A stretch of DNA of 48,605 nt, from the IMG/VR virus record IMGVR_UViG_3300037400_006466, positions 236,098-284,702 of that record; one strand, 5' to 3'. This document shows positions 27,789-35,259 of the stretch, one piece after another. The notes below the pieces were generated by a model, which made no database searches, was not told the origin of the DNA, and worked only from the letters and a program-made list of their open reading frames with translations. The stretch's first letter is position 1. The number at the start of each line of letters is the position of its first letter. Position numbers and translations under genes: made by a program. The DNA is from a virus (Duplodnaviria > Heunggongvirae > Uroviricota > Caudoviricetes).

Positions 27789-28460
27789 TTACTCCCACCA
27801 GTCTTTGCTGATGTTCTCCTTTCTTCTCTTTTCCTGGGATTCAGTGAGAAGATGGGTGCAGTTATATCTCCATATGCTCCCAAGGGTCTTGTCCTTGAAA
27901 TTGGCGGAAGTCTCCAGATATCTCCTATATTCAGGATTCCATCCGTATGATTCCTCAAGTCTGTTGCTGATATCCTCTATGGCCTCAGCGAAGATACTGA
28001 ACGGAATATTGAACTTGTATCCCCTGAACTCTGTATAGAAATCGTCAGCATCAGAATCCTCTATAATCTTCACTTCCTTGTCAAGAAGCTGGAACTCCTT
28101 GTTGTCATCCTGCTGATAATAGCAGAACAGAGTCCTATCATCCTTGACTATTCCGAAAATGAATGACTCCTGGTCATACTTCTCAGCACCGAAGATATAC
28201 TTGGCATAATCAAGATTGATATTGGAAATAAGAACAGGATGCTCCTCATTACCATACTTACCTTTCAGCATCCTCCAAGATAATCTCTGCTCTTTAAGGT
28301 CAGCCTTGAAGTCCTTGTATCTTTCAGCATTTTCCCTATCTGAGTACTTCACACCCATAGGATTCTCAGGAGTACCTATGGCAAATGTGAAGATGTTTCT
28401 CTTCACACCATAAAGGGTCTTCTTCAGCTTTGTAAGTCTGGATGTCTCTGATATTCTCAT
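27789..28460 (-). CDS. Hypothetical phage protein
   Basis: Start MRISET with GGAG RBS; FAIGTPENPMG...GKYGNEE...YDQESFIF pattern; function not recognised. Confidence 0.6.
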   Translation of the reverse strand: MRISETSRLTKLKKTLYGVKRNIFTFAIGTPENPMGVKYSDRENAERYKDFKADLKEQRLSWRMLKGKYGNEEHPVLISNINLDYAKYIFGAEKYDQESFIFGIVKDDRTLFCYYQQDDNKEFQLLDKEVKIIEDSDADDFYTEFRGYKFNIPFSIFAEAIEDISNRLEESYGWNPEYRRYLETSANFKDKTLGSIWRYNCTHLLTESQEKRRKENISKDWWE

Positions 28461-28624
28461 TCTCTGTCTCTCCATATATAATATAATGCAGAAGAACAGG
28501 TATGCATCACTGAACAGCACCTTAAACACATATGATACTATACCTGTACTTCCTGGAAGTACAGAAGAAGGTTCATTATCCAACTGCACTTCTTTTAATA
28601 AAAGGTAATCAGCTCTCATAGATT

Positions 28625-28866
28625 ACCCGGGGCAGAGACACTTGGCGTCTCTTCTATGAGAGCCTTTTCCAAGACAGTAACCATTCAGGGAAGGCAGGCC
28701 TCGTTATCAGCCTATCCCAAATGATACTCATGAGCCAACAATGAGTGTCTTACCCATTATCCGTACTCCACCTACACACAGGTAGGTAATCTTGGCAGGA
28801 TTTCAGTTCTCCTGCCTGAACACTTATTTCGAGGGCCAACTTTTAAGTCTTGGTCACCAGACTTGA
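28625..28866 (-). ncRNA. Candidate structured RNA after tRNA-Ser(GCT)
   Basis: Hairpins AAGTCT/AGACTT, GGCAGGA/TCCTGCC, ACCTAC/GTAGGT, ACTCAT/ATGAGT; no convincing ORF. Confidence 0.35.
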
Positions 28867-28951
28867 CGGAGCGAGCAGGAATCGAACCTGCACAGCTTTT
28901 AAGGGCTGGACGCCTTAGCAGGGCGTTGAGATACCATTACTCCATCGCTCC
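28867..28951 (-). tRNA. tRNA-Ser(GCT)
   Basis: Acceptor GGAGCGA/TCGCTCC, G73; arm ACGCC-CTGCTAA-GGCGT; variable arm. Confidence 0.92.
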
Positions 28952-29257
28952 TTATTTCCATCCATGAGAGTAGTGATGATTTCTCTTATGAATAAATCTG
29001 TTTGGAACTCTTACCTTGAGTTCTTCATTAACTTCTTCACACTGACTATCAACAGCATTTTGAAATGACCTCAAATCAAGTTCATCAAGATACATTTCAT
29101 AACCTCTGCACATACCACAAGAACAATGAACCTTGTTCTTGGAGTACTGATTATCATTGTCATACCAATCAAAAAAGTAGATATGCTTTGAAATCTGTTT
29201 CTTCTTGGCAATGTGAGATTCAGCTACAGACCTGAGATACTCTCTTGTTCTCTTCAT
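28952..29257 (-). CDS. Small basic protein with HCSCxxC motif
   Basis: 101 aa; R/K-rich N-terminus, YSKNKVHCSCGMC, His-rich C-terminus. Confidence 0.65.
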   Translation of the reverse strand: MKRTREYLRSVAESHIAKKKQISKHIYFFDWYDNDNQYSKNKVHCSCGMCRGYEMYLDELDLRSFQNAVDSQCEEVNEELKVRVPNRFIHKRNHHYSHGWK

Positions 29258-29264
29258 TTTTGTT

Positions 29265-29350
29265 CTCCTAAAATACCACCTGTGACAGACAGGAAAACCT
29301 TTAATCTATCACAGGCTCAGTATCTTAGGAACAGATTCAATGTCTCTCAT
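29265..29350 (-). promoter_or_regulatory. uORF (29309-29350, MRDIESVPKILSL) with a hairpin sequestering the downstream RBS
   Basis: GAGGAG RBS before the uORF; TTCCTAAGATAC (29320-29331) pairs over 12 bp with GTATTTTAGGAG (29265-29276), the RBS of 28952..29257; nested 10-bp CCTGTGATAG/CTGTCACAGG. Confidence 0.6.
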
Positions 29351-29445
29351 TGAAATCTCCTCATAGGACATAGATTATAGTGCTGAATGTCCGAAGCACT
29401 TCTCTGGACTAATTCAGGAAATCAAGCCAATAGAATTATTGGCCT

Positions 29446-30345
29446 CTAATCTAATATAATATTATTTTTTATATAATTCCAAGTTAATTGCTCTTTATTT
29501 AGAACAAAAACTTTTATATTATTCTGACTTTCTACCAATTTTATCTTATCTAAATCACTCATTCCAAATCTAGGATTCTCATTTTCAATTAAATAATCAT
29601 TTTTAGGGTCAAAATAAATATTGTAATCTGGTAAATAAATATCTGGATAATATCTATGTTCCTTATTATCTATTGGAGATATCCATTTAAAATAGCTAGG
29701 CTTCTCCCATTTAATATTATTTTTATCTAAGTCCTTAACAAGAGCTTCTTCATAGGAAGAGCCTAATAAAACTCCTTTATACCAAACCTTTCTACCAGTA
29801 TGCCAACCTCCAAAATTATTTTCTTTAGCAAATTTAGATAACTTTTTCTTAGATTCCTCTGAATGAGGATGCCCTTTATATTTTATTCTATTTGGATTAT
29901 TTATACAATATTTTTCATGGTTTGTTTTAGCTTCTTTAGTCTTAAAAACTCTTCCACAATATTGACAAAGCCCCTCACAATAATGATTCTGATTAGAACT
30001 ACCACACACAGAACTCAAATGAACTTTTCTGTGTGCCTGTAATTTGCGTCTTGATATAAATACTTCTCCACAAATATTGCATTTCCAATTACCAAAGCCA
30101 TAATGTGTATGTTCTTTTTTAGGGCATATATTTATATGTTGTCTAAATGCTATAGACCCTAATATAATTTCTCCACAGTACTCACAGGTATAAGACTTTT
30201 TTAACCCTTTAGTACCATCATGCTTTTGAGTCTTTTTTCCTGCATATTGAGAAGCACAATGCCTTGAACAAAAAATTCCTTTTCCAAAAGAACCATCATG
30301 TTTTTTTCCACAGTTTTTACATATCAACTTATTATTCTCATTCAT
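29446..30345 (-). CDS. Free-standing homing-endonuclease-like protein (zinc fingers + NUMOD3 + PD-(D/E)XK)
   Basis: Several CxxC...H/C fingers, GHPHSEESKKKLS (NUMOD3-like), SSYE...HRYYPDIYLPDYNIYFDPK. Confidence 0.75.
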   Translation of the reverse strand: MNENNKLICKNCGKKHDGSFGKGIFCSRHCASQYAGKKTQKHDGTKGLKKSYTCEYCGEIILGSIAFRQHINICPKKEHTHYGFGNWKCNICGEVFISRRKLQAHRKVHLSSVCGSSNQNHYCEGLCQYCGRVFKTKEAKTNHEKYCINNPNRIKYKGHPHSEESKKKLSKFAKENNFGGWHTGRKVWYKGVLLGSSYEEALVKDLDKNNIKWEKPSYFKWISPIDNKEHRYYPDIYLPDYNIYFDPKNDYLIENENPRFGMSDLDKIKLVESQNNIKVFVLNKEQLTWNYIKNNIILD

Positions 30346-30394
30346 AGATATATAATTAGTTGAACCATTTAACAAAAGTGGGTAATAATTTTAT

Positions 30395-30466
30395 AGCTTG
30401 CTGAAGGAATCGAACCCTCATCTTCGGAGTACAAAACCGAAATAATAGCCTTTATACTAAGCAAGC
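30395..30466 (-). tRNA. tRNA-Thr(TGT)
   Basis: Acceptor GCTTGCT/AGCAAGC; loop TT-TGT-AC; U31:U39 mismatch; T-loop TTCGATT. Confidence 0.85.
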
Positions 30467-30469
30467 AGG

Positions 30470-30682
30470 TCACTGTGACTTAGATATAGAATACCAAGTC
30501 ACATTTCTATTCAGTTCCAGTTCAGAGGAATCTATGCTTCCATATTTCTCTCTGACTCTGTACCAAGTATCATCACCTCTGAAAGTGACCTTACTTCCTA
30601 TCTTCAAGTCTCTGTCCAACCAACAGACCTGATAGGTACCAGGACTGTCAATTTTCTCTACCTTATATTGTGTATAGGTCAT
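30470..30682 (-). CDS. Hypothetical protein
   Basis: 70 aa; coupled to the upstream gene; no motif recognised. Confidence 0.6.
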   Translation of the reverse strand: MTYTQYKVEKIDSPGTYQVCWLDRDLKIGSKVTFRGDDTWYRVREKYGSIDSSELELNRNVTWYSISKSQ

Positions 30683-30686
30683 AAAG

Positions 30687-30929
30687 TCATCCCCTTGTAA
30701 TAAGTTCCTTCAGGGCCTCTTCCTCTGTCAATCTGTAATGACCATGTATGAATCCGCAATTAGGATTATAGAGCCAAGAACAATATGTCTCATTGTTCTC
30801 CATTCCTATTACAACATAGTCATTCTCTCTCTTTCTGAGAGCTCCTATGACAGTGAATCTCTCAGGAAGATATGTAGCGTTGACTGCAAATGGCTGTGCG
30901 ACAGATACATTAATAGTCTCAGGATTCAT
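30687..30929 (-). CDS. Hypothetical protein
   Basis: 80 aa with GGAG RBS. Confidence 0.6.
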   Translation of the reverse strand: MNPETINVSVAQPFAVNATYLPERFTVIGALRKRENDYVVIGMENNETYCSWLYNPNCGFIHGHYRLTEEEALKELITRG

Positions 30930-30962
30930 CTTTTCTTTCTCCTTATGTATTTAGAAGAAAAT

Positions 30963-31430
30963 TCAAATATATTTTCTCCAAGTTTTTGGGATTCTGGAAT
31001 AGTTATACATTTTGCATAAAGAATGGTCAAGACCAAATGGAATGAGCTGAAAGGTATCAAAAGGAATAGATGAGGATGAATATACCTGACAACTTTCTCT
31101 TTCAACTATTCTCTTATTTGTATTTGAACGAATGTAAATAGGATAGTAGTATCCCGGTGTTTCATCATATTTAATTAATTTTCCGTCTCTAATGTCATCA
31201 ATACTTCTACCAATATATTTTACATCTCCACCATTTATAAGAGCTTTTTCAAATTCAATTTTAAAGAGCTCTGCTTCTGCTTTTTTAATAAGACTTGATA
31301 GCCTTCTTCTACCTTCAAGCCATTTTTTTACATCATCTTTATCTGAAGTAATACCTGCATTTACATTTTCTCTAACTAACTTGATACTTTCTTTAATAAG
31401 ATTTACAAAAACTAAAGATTTCTCTGTCAT
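30963..31430 (-). CDS. Hypothetical protein
   Basis: 155 aa with GAGG RBS, downstream of a sigma70 promoter. Confidence 0.6.
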   Translation of the reverse strand: MTEKSLVFVNLIKESIKLVRENVNAGITSDKDDVKKWLEGRRRLSSLIKKAEAELFKIEFEKALINGGDVKYIGRSIDDIRDGKLIKYDETPGYYYPIYIRSNTNKRIVERESCQVYSSSSIPFDTFQLIPFGLDHSLCKMYNYSRIPKTWRKYI

Positions 31431-31453
31431 TCTTTTTTCTCCTCTATATCTTC

Positions 31454-31482
31454 ATAATAACAGATATCAGAAAAAATGTCAA
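31454..31482 (-). promoter_or_regulatory. Sigma70-type promoter
   Basis: TTGACA-17 nt-TATTAT. Confidence 0.7.
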
Positions 31483-31490
31483 TAGGATTA

Positions 31491-31562
31491 AGCACCATAT
31501 CAGAATCGAACTGATACCAAAAGCTTGGAGGGCTCTTATACTAACCATTATACGAATGATGC
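31491..31562 (-). tRNA. tRNA-Gly(TCC)
   Basis: Acceptor GCATCAT/ATGGTGC, U73; loop CC-TCC-AA. Confidence 0.9.
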
Positions 31563-31570
31563 ATTGTTTA

Positions 31571-31642
31571 AGCCACATAAGGGAGTTGAACCCTTATCCT
31601 CAGACTGGCAGTCTATTATAATAGCCGTTATACGAATGTGGC
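31571..31642 (-). tRNA. tRNA-Gly(GCC)
   Basis: Acceptor GCCACAT/ATGTGGC, U73; loop CT-GCC-AG. Confidence 0.9.
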
Positions 31643-31648
31643 ATTTTA

Positions 31649-31751
31649 CAGGCCCTAGAGGAATCGAACCTCTGTCTACCACTGCTGCGTTGTTCTGTAC
31701 ATAAAACTGAAATTGCTCCAGTTTCCGGATCCGCCACTGAACTAAGGACCT
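31649..31751 (-). tRNA. tRNA-like gene with anticodon arm replaced by a ~50-nt insert
   Basis: Acceptor AGGTCCT/AGGGCCT, D-arm GTTC-AGTGGC-GGAT, perfect T-arm AGAGG-TTCGATT-CCTCT; no 7-nt anticodon loop with U33. Confidence 0.6.
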
Positions 31752-31758
31752 ATTTGAG

Positions 31759-31830
31759 GGGGACTGGGCGGACTCGAACCACCACTAAGAGTTCCACAGA
31801 CTCCTGTGCTACCTTTACACCACAGTTCCC
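31759..31830 (-). tRNA. tRNA-His(GTG)
   Basis: G-1:C73 pair; arm GGAGT-CTGTGGA-ACTCT; T-loop TTCGAGT. Confidence 0.92.
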
Positions 31831-31834
31831 AATT

Positions 31835-31990
31835 CTGAGATTCCCATGCCATCCTATGATTAAGACCTCTCCTGTTTCCAGGTATCGCATTAAGCGGCGG
31901 TCACATGGTCTAACGTTGCCCTCTCAGGAGGCTCGATTCCTAGCCAGAATTTGCTCCACTGCCCGTTCCGTGGACGAACAAATAAATAAA
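31835..31990 (-). ncRNA. Candidate GC-rich structured RNA
   Basis: TCCAC/GTGGA, CCTG-GAAA-CAGG (GNRA loop), GACC/GGTC; ORF-free spacer. Confidence 0.3.
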
Positions 31991-32010
31991 GATGATCTAA
32001 AAAGACTATC

Positions 32011-32382
32011 TTATTTCAACTTCTTGTAATTGAACATATAGGTCTCACCAACTGTGAACTTCTCCTTTGTTTTTCCATACAAAATGGAATATGGTTTTAC
32101 CTCTACATTCTTATTGACTATTGGAGCTCTATAGAACTCATACAGGATATATCCGTTGTAATCCTCATTGGCAGATACACAAAGATATCCATGATAACCA
32201 ATCTCATCATTCTTATCAGGTAAGACTGAGAACTCAATGCTGTCACCTACTGAAAGGTCAAGACCTATTAGGAAACAGTCAATTGTCCAATTCTCACCAC
32301 CATCATCACTGAATCTTACAGTTCTGAAATCTGTAAGATACTCACCCTTCAACTTGGGAATTTCAATACCGTTAACTTTCAT
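32011..32382 (-). CDS. Hypothetical protein
   Basis: 123 aa with AGGAG RBS. Confidence 0.65.
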   Translation of the reverse strand: MKVNGIEIPKLKGEYLTDFRTVRFSDDGGENWTIDCFLIGLDLSVGDSIEFSVLPDKNDEIGYHGYLCVSANEDYNGYILYEFYRAPIVNKNVEVKPYSILYGKTKEKFTVGETYMFNYKKLK

Positions 32383-32439
32383 TCAATTTCTCCTTTGGCC
32401 TACCTATTGTAGCACCCACAACGATTAGAAATATTTTAA

Positions 32440-32659
32440 TACGCCAGGCTCCAAGTGGATTGCAGTCCACTTGGATTTTAAACTGGTACGGGTCCGTGGC
32501 TGAGAAGATTTAACTAGCTGCTGCCTCTTTTCCTTTCTGCAAAAAGGTACTTAAGAACCCAGATAAGTTTCTTCACACTACAAGGCACTTTGTAAGTAAT
32601 CTTACAGTTACCAAGTGATTTTAAGCCTGTATACACTGGCAGACCACTCCTACCTGCGA
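32440..32659 (-). ncRNA. Candidate structured RNA
   Basis: CAGGC/GCCTG closing helix, perfect 10-bp TCCAAGTGGA/TCCACTTGGA hairpin, TGTAAG/CTTACA, CCTTT/AAAGG. Confidence 0.35.
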
Positions 32660-32754
32660 CTACTCAGTGATGGAGTTGAACCCTTCTTCTCCGCCCTATT
32701 GTCGTTGCTTGGCAACTATCGTTGGGCGGTATGAACCCATTCACCAACTGAATA
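32660..32754 (-). tRNA. tRNA-like gene with Sec-like acceptor/D-arm geometry and an expanded anticodon loop
   Basis: 8-bp acceptor TATTCAGT/ACTGAGTA, G73, 5-bp D-stem with 4-nt TGGG loop, 6-bp CCGCCC/GGGCGG stem enclosing 27 nt, T-loop TTCAACT (weak T-stem). Confidence 0.5.
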
Positions 32755-32799
32755 TCGGAGTTTGCAACCTCCCTGAAAGCCTACGTCTAAGCTTTCTAA

Positions 32800-32872
32800 T
32801 GGACAATATCGGTTCTGCCCCGGTTCCTGGAGTTTGCAAAACTCCCATGCTAACTATTAACACCAATCGCCC
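32800..32872 (-). tRNA. tRNA-Ala(TGC)
   Basis: G3:U70 in GGGCGAT/ATTGTCC; arm GGAGT-TTTGCAA-ACTCC; non-canonical T-loop GGCAGAA. Confidence 0.85.
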
Positions 32873-32876
32873 TTAA

Positions 32877-33030
32877 TTATATTTTAAATTCCAAGCTTTA
32901 ATTTTCTCTAAAAGCTCTTGATATGTCATATCACATTTTGAACCTTTAGAAGAATTATCTGAGTGCCTAAGAAGTCTACAATTGGCAGGATGACTAATCC
33001 ATATATAAATTTTCTTTAATTTAAAGTTTC
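32877..33030 (-). pseudogene. Remnant C-terminus of an HNH-type endonuclease
   Basis: Start-less frame IWISHPANCRLLRHSDNSSKGSKCDMTYQELLEKIKS*, resembling the ISHPAN..L.H..N..K..K..IT.EELL end of phage HNH proteins. Confidence 0.45.
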
Positions 33031-33159
33031 TTCTAATCTAACAAGTCCTTCAAACTCATCAAATTTATCTAAAATCTCCTTTGGTGGAGGATAGATACCT
33101 CTTTCTAAAAACCAAACAATTGCTGAAAATTTATCTTTGAATTCTGGAATTGCCTTCAT
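33016..33159 (-). CDS. Small hypothetical protein (47 aa)
   Basis: Start MKAIPEF with AGGAG RBS; the longer track ORF overlaps tRNA-Arg. Confidence 0.55.
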   Translation of the reverse strand: MKAIPEFKDKFSAIVWFLERGIYPPPKEILDKFDEFEGLVRLEETLN

Positions 33160-33177
33160 ATTTCTCCTATAAGTATC

Positions 33178-33249
33178 TGACCTCAGAAGGAGTTGAACCC
33201 TCATTTTATGGTTCGTAGCCATATGTCCTATCCATTGGACGATGAAGCC
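33178..33249 (-). tRNA. tRNA-Arg(ACG)
   Basis: Acceptor GGCTTCA/TGAGGTC; arm TATGG-CTACGAA-CCATA. Confidence 0.9.
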
Positions 33250-33253
33250 ATTA

Positions 33254-33326
33254 TAGGTATGATTGGACTTGCACCAATAACATCTGCCTTATGAGAGCAG
33301 CGTTCAGCTATTTGAACTTCATACCT
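33254..33326 (-). tRNA. tRNA with CAT anticodon (elongator Met or Ile2)
   Basis: Acceptor AGGTATG/CATACCT; arm CTGCT-CTCATAA-GGCAG; T-loop TGCAAGT. Confidence 0.85.
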
Positions 33327-33331
33327 GTTTT

Positions 33332-33404
33332 TGAGCCGTGTAGGTACTGCCCCTACTTAAGCTGGTTTAAGAGACCAGTGCATCAACTTTTCTGCCAACA
33401 GCCC
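33332..33404 (-). tRNA. tRNA-Lys(CTT)
   Basis: Acceptor GGGCTGT/ACGGCTC; arm CTGGT-CTCTTAA-ACCAG; T-loop GGCAGTA. Confidence 0.85.
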
Positions 33405-33405
33405 A

Positions 33406-33591
33406 TTAAATTCTATATCCTTGAGATAACTTTTCTTTGATTTCATCGTATCTTGGGTCATTATTTAAAAGATTCTTTGCTTTATAGAAATCTCCTTCTG
33501 CTTCCAGTAGTGCTTTCTTACAAATGAGAATATCCCTTTTAGTTTCTTTATGTAATAATTTTATGTTTACAAAAAGTTCTTCTCTTGTCAT
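33406..33591 (-). CDS. EF-Ts N-terminal (UBA-like) domain protein
   Basis: IKLLHKETKRDILICKKALLEAEGDFYKAKNLL resembles EF-Ts VKELR..TG...MDCKKAL.EA.GD...A...L. Confidence 0.65.
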   Translation of the reverse strand: MTREELFVNIKLLHKETKRDILICKKALLEAEGDFYKAKNLLNNDPRYDEIKEKLSQGYRI

Positions 33592-33650
33592 AGTCGAACC
33601 TACCTCCAAGGATTAAAAACCCCTTGTATCAGCCAATTTACTAACAGCCC
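33592..33650 (-). pseudogene. 3'-truncated tRNA-Lys(TTT)-like gene
   Basis: GGGCTGT 5' acceptor identical to tRNA-Lys(CTT), D-arm, loop TT-TTT-AA and GGTTCGAC, then the sequence runs into the ATG of 33406..33591 with no 3' T-stem or acceptor. Confidence 0.6.
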
Positions 33651-33659
33651 GTTATAAAT

Positions 33660-33830
33660 GTCAAAAATACTGGGCTGATCCCTCAACCTTCTTCAGATTC
33701 TCATTCAGGTTTGTCACCACAGGGTGTCTCTTCCAACACTCAAACCCCAGTTTATTGGCCCACCTTTACAGTCCTTTAAGTTCCCTTAAAACTCTTAGGA
33801 TTCGCACTGGGTAAAATGTGTTCCTTAAGG
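33660..33830 (-). ncRNA. Candidate structured RNA with GNRA tetraloops
   Basis: CCCAGT/ACTGGG, TTTAAG-GGAA-CTTAAA, GGTTTG/CAAACC, GGTTGA-GGGA-TCAGCC. Confidence 0.4.
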
Positions 33831-33886
33831 TCTCAGTCTCTCTGTCTGAGAAAGGGCTCTTTCAGAAACTTGAGACCTCGTTATTT

Positions 33887-33959
33887 TAGGCTCCCTTGGA
33901 ATCGGACCAAGAACCTCCTGTGTATCAGACAGGTGCTCTCCCCATTGAGCTAGAAGCCT
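33887..33959 (-). tRNA. tRNA-Ile(GAT)
   Basis: Acceptor AGGCTTC/GGAGCCT; arm CCTGT-CTGATAC-ACAGG. Confidence 0.9.
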
Positions 33960-33967
33960 GATTTTAA

Positions 33968-34039
33968 TGACCCCTAATGGAATTGCACCACTGACATTCT
34001 GCGTGTAAAACAGACGTTCTTCTACTGAACTAAGGAGCC
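33968..34039 (-). tRNA. tRNA-Val(TAC)
   Basis: Acceptor GGCTCCT/AGGGGTC; loop TT-TAC-AC; T-loop TGCAATT. Confidence 0.88.
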
Positions 34040-34050
34040 ATATCATTTTT

Positions 34051-34122
34051 TGATTCCACAAGGAGTCGAACCTTGACCAAAAGTTTAGGAAACTCTTATT
34101 CTATCCATTAAACTATGGAATC
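34051..34122 (-). tRNA. tRNA-Arg(CCT)
   Basis: Acceptor GATTCCA/TGGAATC; loop TT-CCT-AA; T-loop TTCGACT. Confidence 0.9.
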
Positions 34123-34128
34123 AATATT

Positions 34129-34212
34129 TGGCCCCGGAGGGACTTGAACCCTCAATGCCTTTCGGACGCTGGTTCCTAAGACCAGTGGCTATGCCAATTC
34201 GCCTACAGAGCC
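34129..34212 (-). tRNA. tRNA-Leu(TAG)
   Basis: Arm CTGGT-CTTAGGA-ACCAG; variable arm; T-loop TTCAAGT. Confidence 0.92.
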
Positions 34213-34371
34213 CTATAAAAAATAGGGTCTTCTAAAAAACCTATATGCTATTCACTTTTCCACGGATAAGTGTCAACATAGGCTCAAAAACTGGACACCT
34301 TATTACCCAAGGGAGAAGTCAGCTACTTTTCTTCCTTCCTATTTTTCAAGGTAAAGGGTAGTTTATTTTTA

Positions 34372-34446
34372 TTGCAGGGGTGGGAGTCGAACCCACAAAA
34401 TACCTTGGTTATGAGCCAAGTGACTTTCCTATTGGTCTACCCTGCT
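34372..34446 (-). tRNA. Initiator-like tRNA-Met(CAT)
   Basis: 1:72 mismatch (A:A), A11:U24 pair, loop CT-CAT-AA; anticodon stem CTTGG/CCAAG has only two of the three G:C pairs. Confidence 0.8.
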
Positions 34447-34456
34447 ATTCTAAAAA

Positions 34457-34539
34457 TACTGGAAATGGGACTCGAACCCATACGTCCATACAGACAACAG
34501 ATTTTGAGTCTATCGCGTCTACCATTCCGCCACTCCAGC
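34457..34539 (-). tRNA. tRNA-Leu(CAA)
   Basis: GCTGGAG acceptor, D-arm GCGGAATGGTAGACGC, loop CT-CAA-AA, variable arm. Confidence 0.92.
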
Positions 34540-34544
34540 GAGTT

Positions 34545-34615
34545 CTGCCCCACATGGAATTGCACCACGATGTCAAGTACCAGAAGCTTGTGTCCTACTA
34601 TTGAACGATAGGGCA
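34545..34615 (-). tRNA. tRNA-Gln(CTG)
   Basis: Acceptor TGCCCTA/TGGGGCA, G73; loop TT-CTG-GT; T-loop TGCAATT. Confidence 0.85.
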
Positions 34616-34754
34616 ATTTAAAGAAAAGTAAGTTTAGAAAAAAGTGTTACGGCGCCACCTAGTCGAAAACAGATACAAGTATAGGTATCTGTCTGTTGAT
34701 GGCTGAAAAGACTCAACTTACATAACTTGTTCCTCACAAGTTGTCTTTTACATT

Positions 34755-34826
34755 CTGCCCGTGTAAGAATTGAACTTACCTGAAACGGTTTAACAGACCG
34801 CCGCCTGACCACTAGGCTAACGGGCA
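34755..34826 (-). tRNA. tRNA-Asn(GTT)
   Basis: Acceptor TGCCCGT/ACGGGCA, G73; loop CT-GTT-AA. Confidence 0.9.
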
Positions 34827-35259
34827 ATGATATATGTTATAACAAAATAACATTCAAAAATGGGGGCGGTCGATAGAATGACTTCTTCCTATCTGTAACA
34901 CATTGGATTATTTACCGCCAAGTTTAACAACCTATCGTCCAATTCCACTTGAACTACACAGCTTCACCAATGTCACCAGATTCCTAAGTACCAGTATTCC
35001 TAATACCTGTGGAATGTAAGGTATTTCAGAACTTGATACCAAACTTTCAATATAAAAGATATGGAAGATGTTCTCTCTTGAACTAATGTCCTTTTCCATT
35101 ACTGGACGGCTTTAAATCGCTCAGCCATACCAGAGCTCTTCACTCTGATATCTTCTTCCATAATATAACAAGTCAATATCAGTCAGATAACAACCTTGAT
35201 AGGATAACAACTCTGACTATGCCTTATGAATGACGTCTTCCATAAGGTCTGATTCCTAT

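Noticed and set aside
32660-32754. True tRNA-Sec
   Set aside because: No UCA anticodon and no long variable arm.
32700-32790. Extra D-armless Ala/Cys-like tRNA (GGAGG-TTGCAAA-CTCC) overlapping the Sec-like element
   Set aside because: The acceptor and T-stems are too mismatched, and it overlaps a better-supported structure.
33825-34827. Track ORFs over the tRNA array (33825..34061, 34372..34611, 34380..34604, 34618..34827; likewise 13298..13528, 27645..27950, 36730..36921)
   Set aside because: They overlap clear tRNA cloverleaves and are spurious translations.
34860-34970. tRNA-Asn-like 5' fragment (GCTGTGTAGTTCAAGTGG...GTTAA)
   Set aside because: No T-arm or 3' acceptor strand could be identified.
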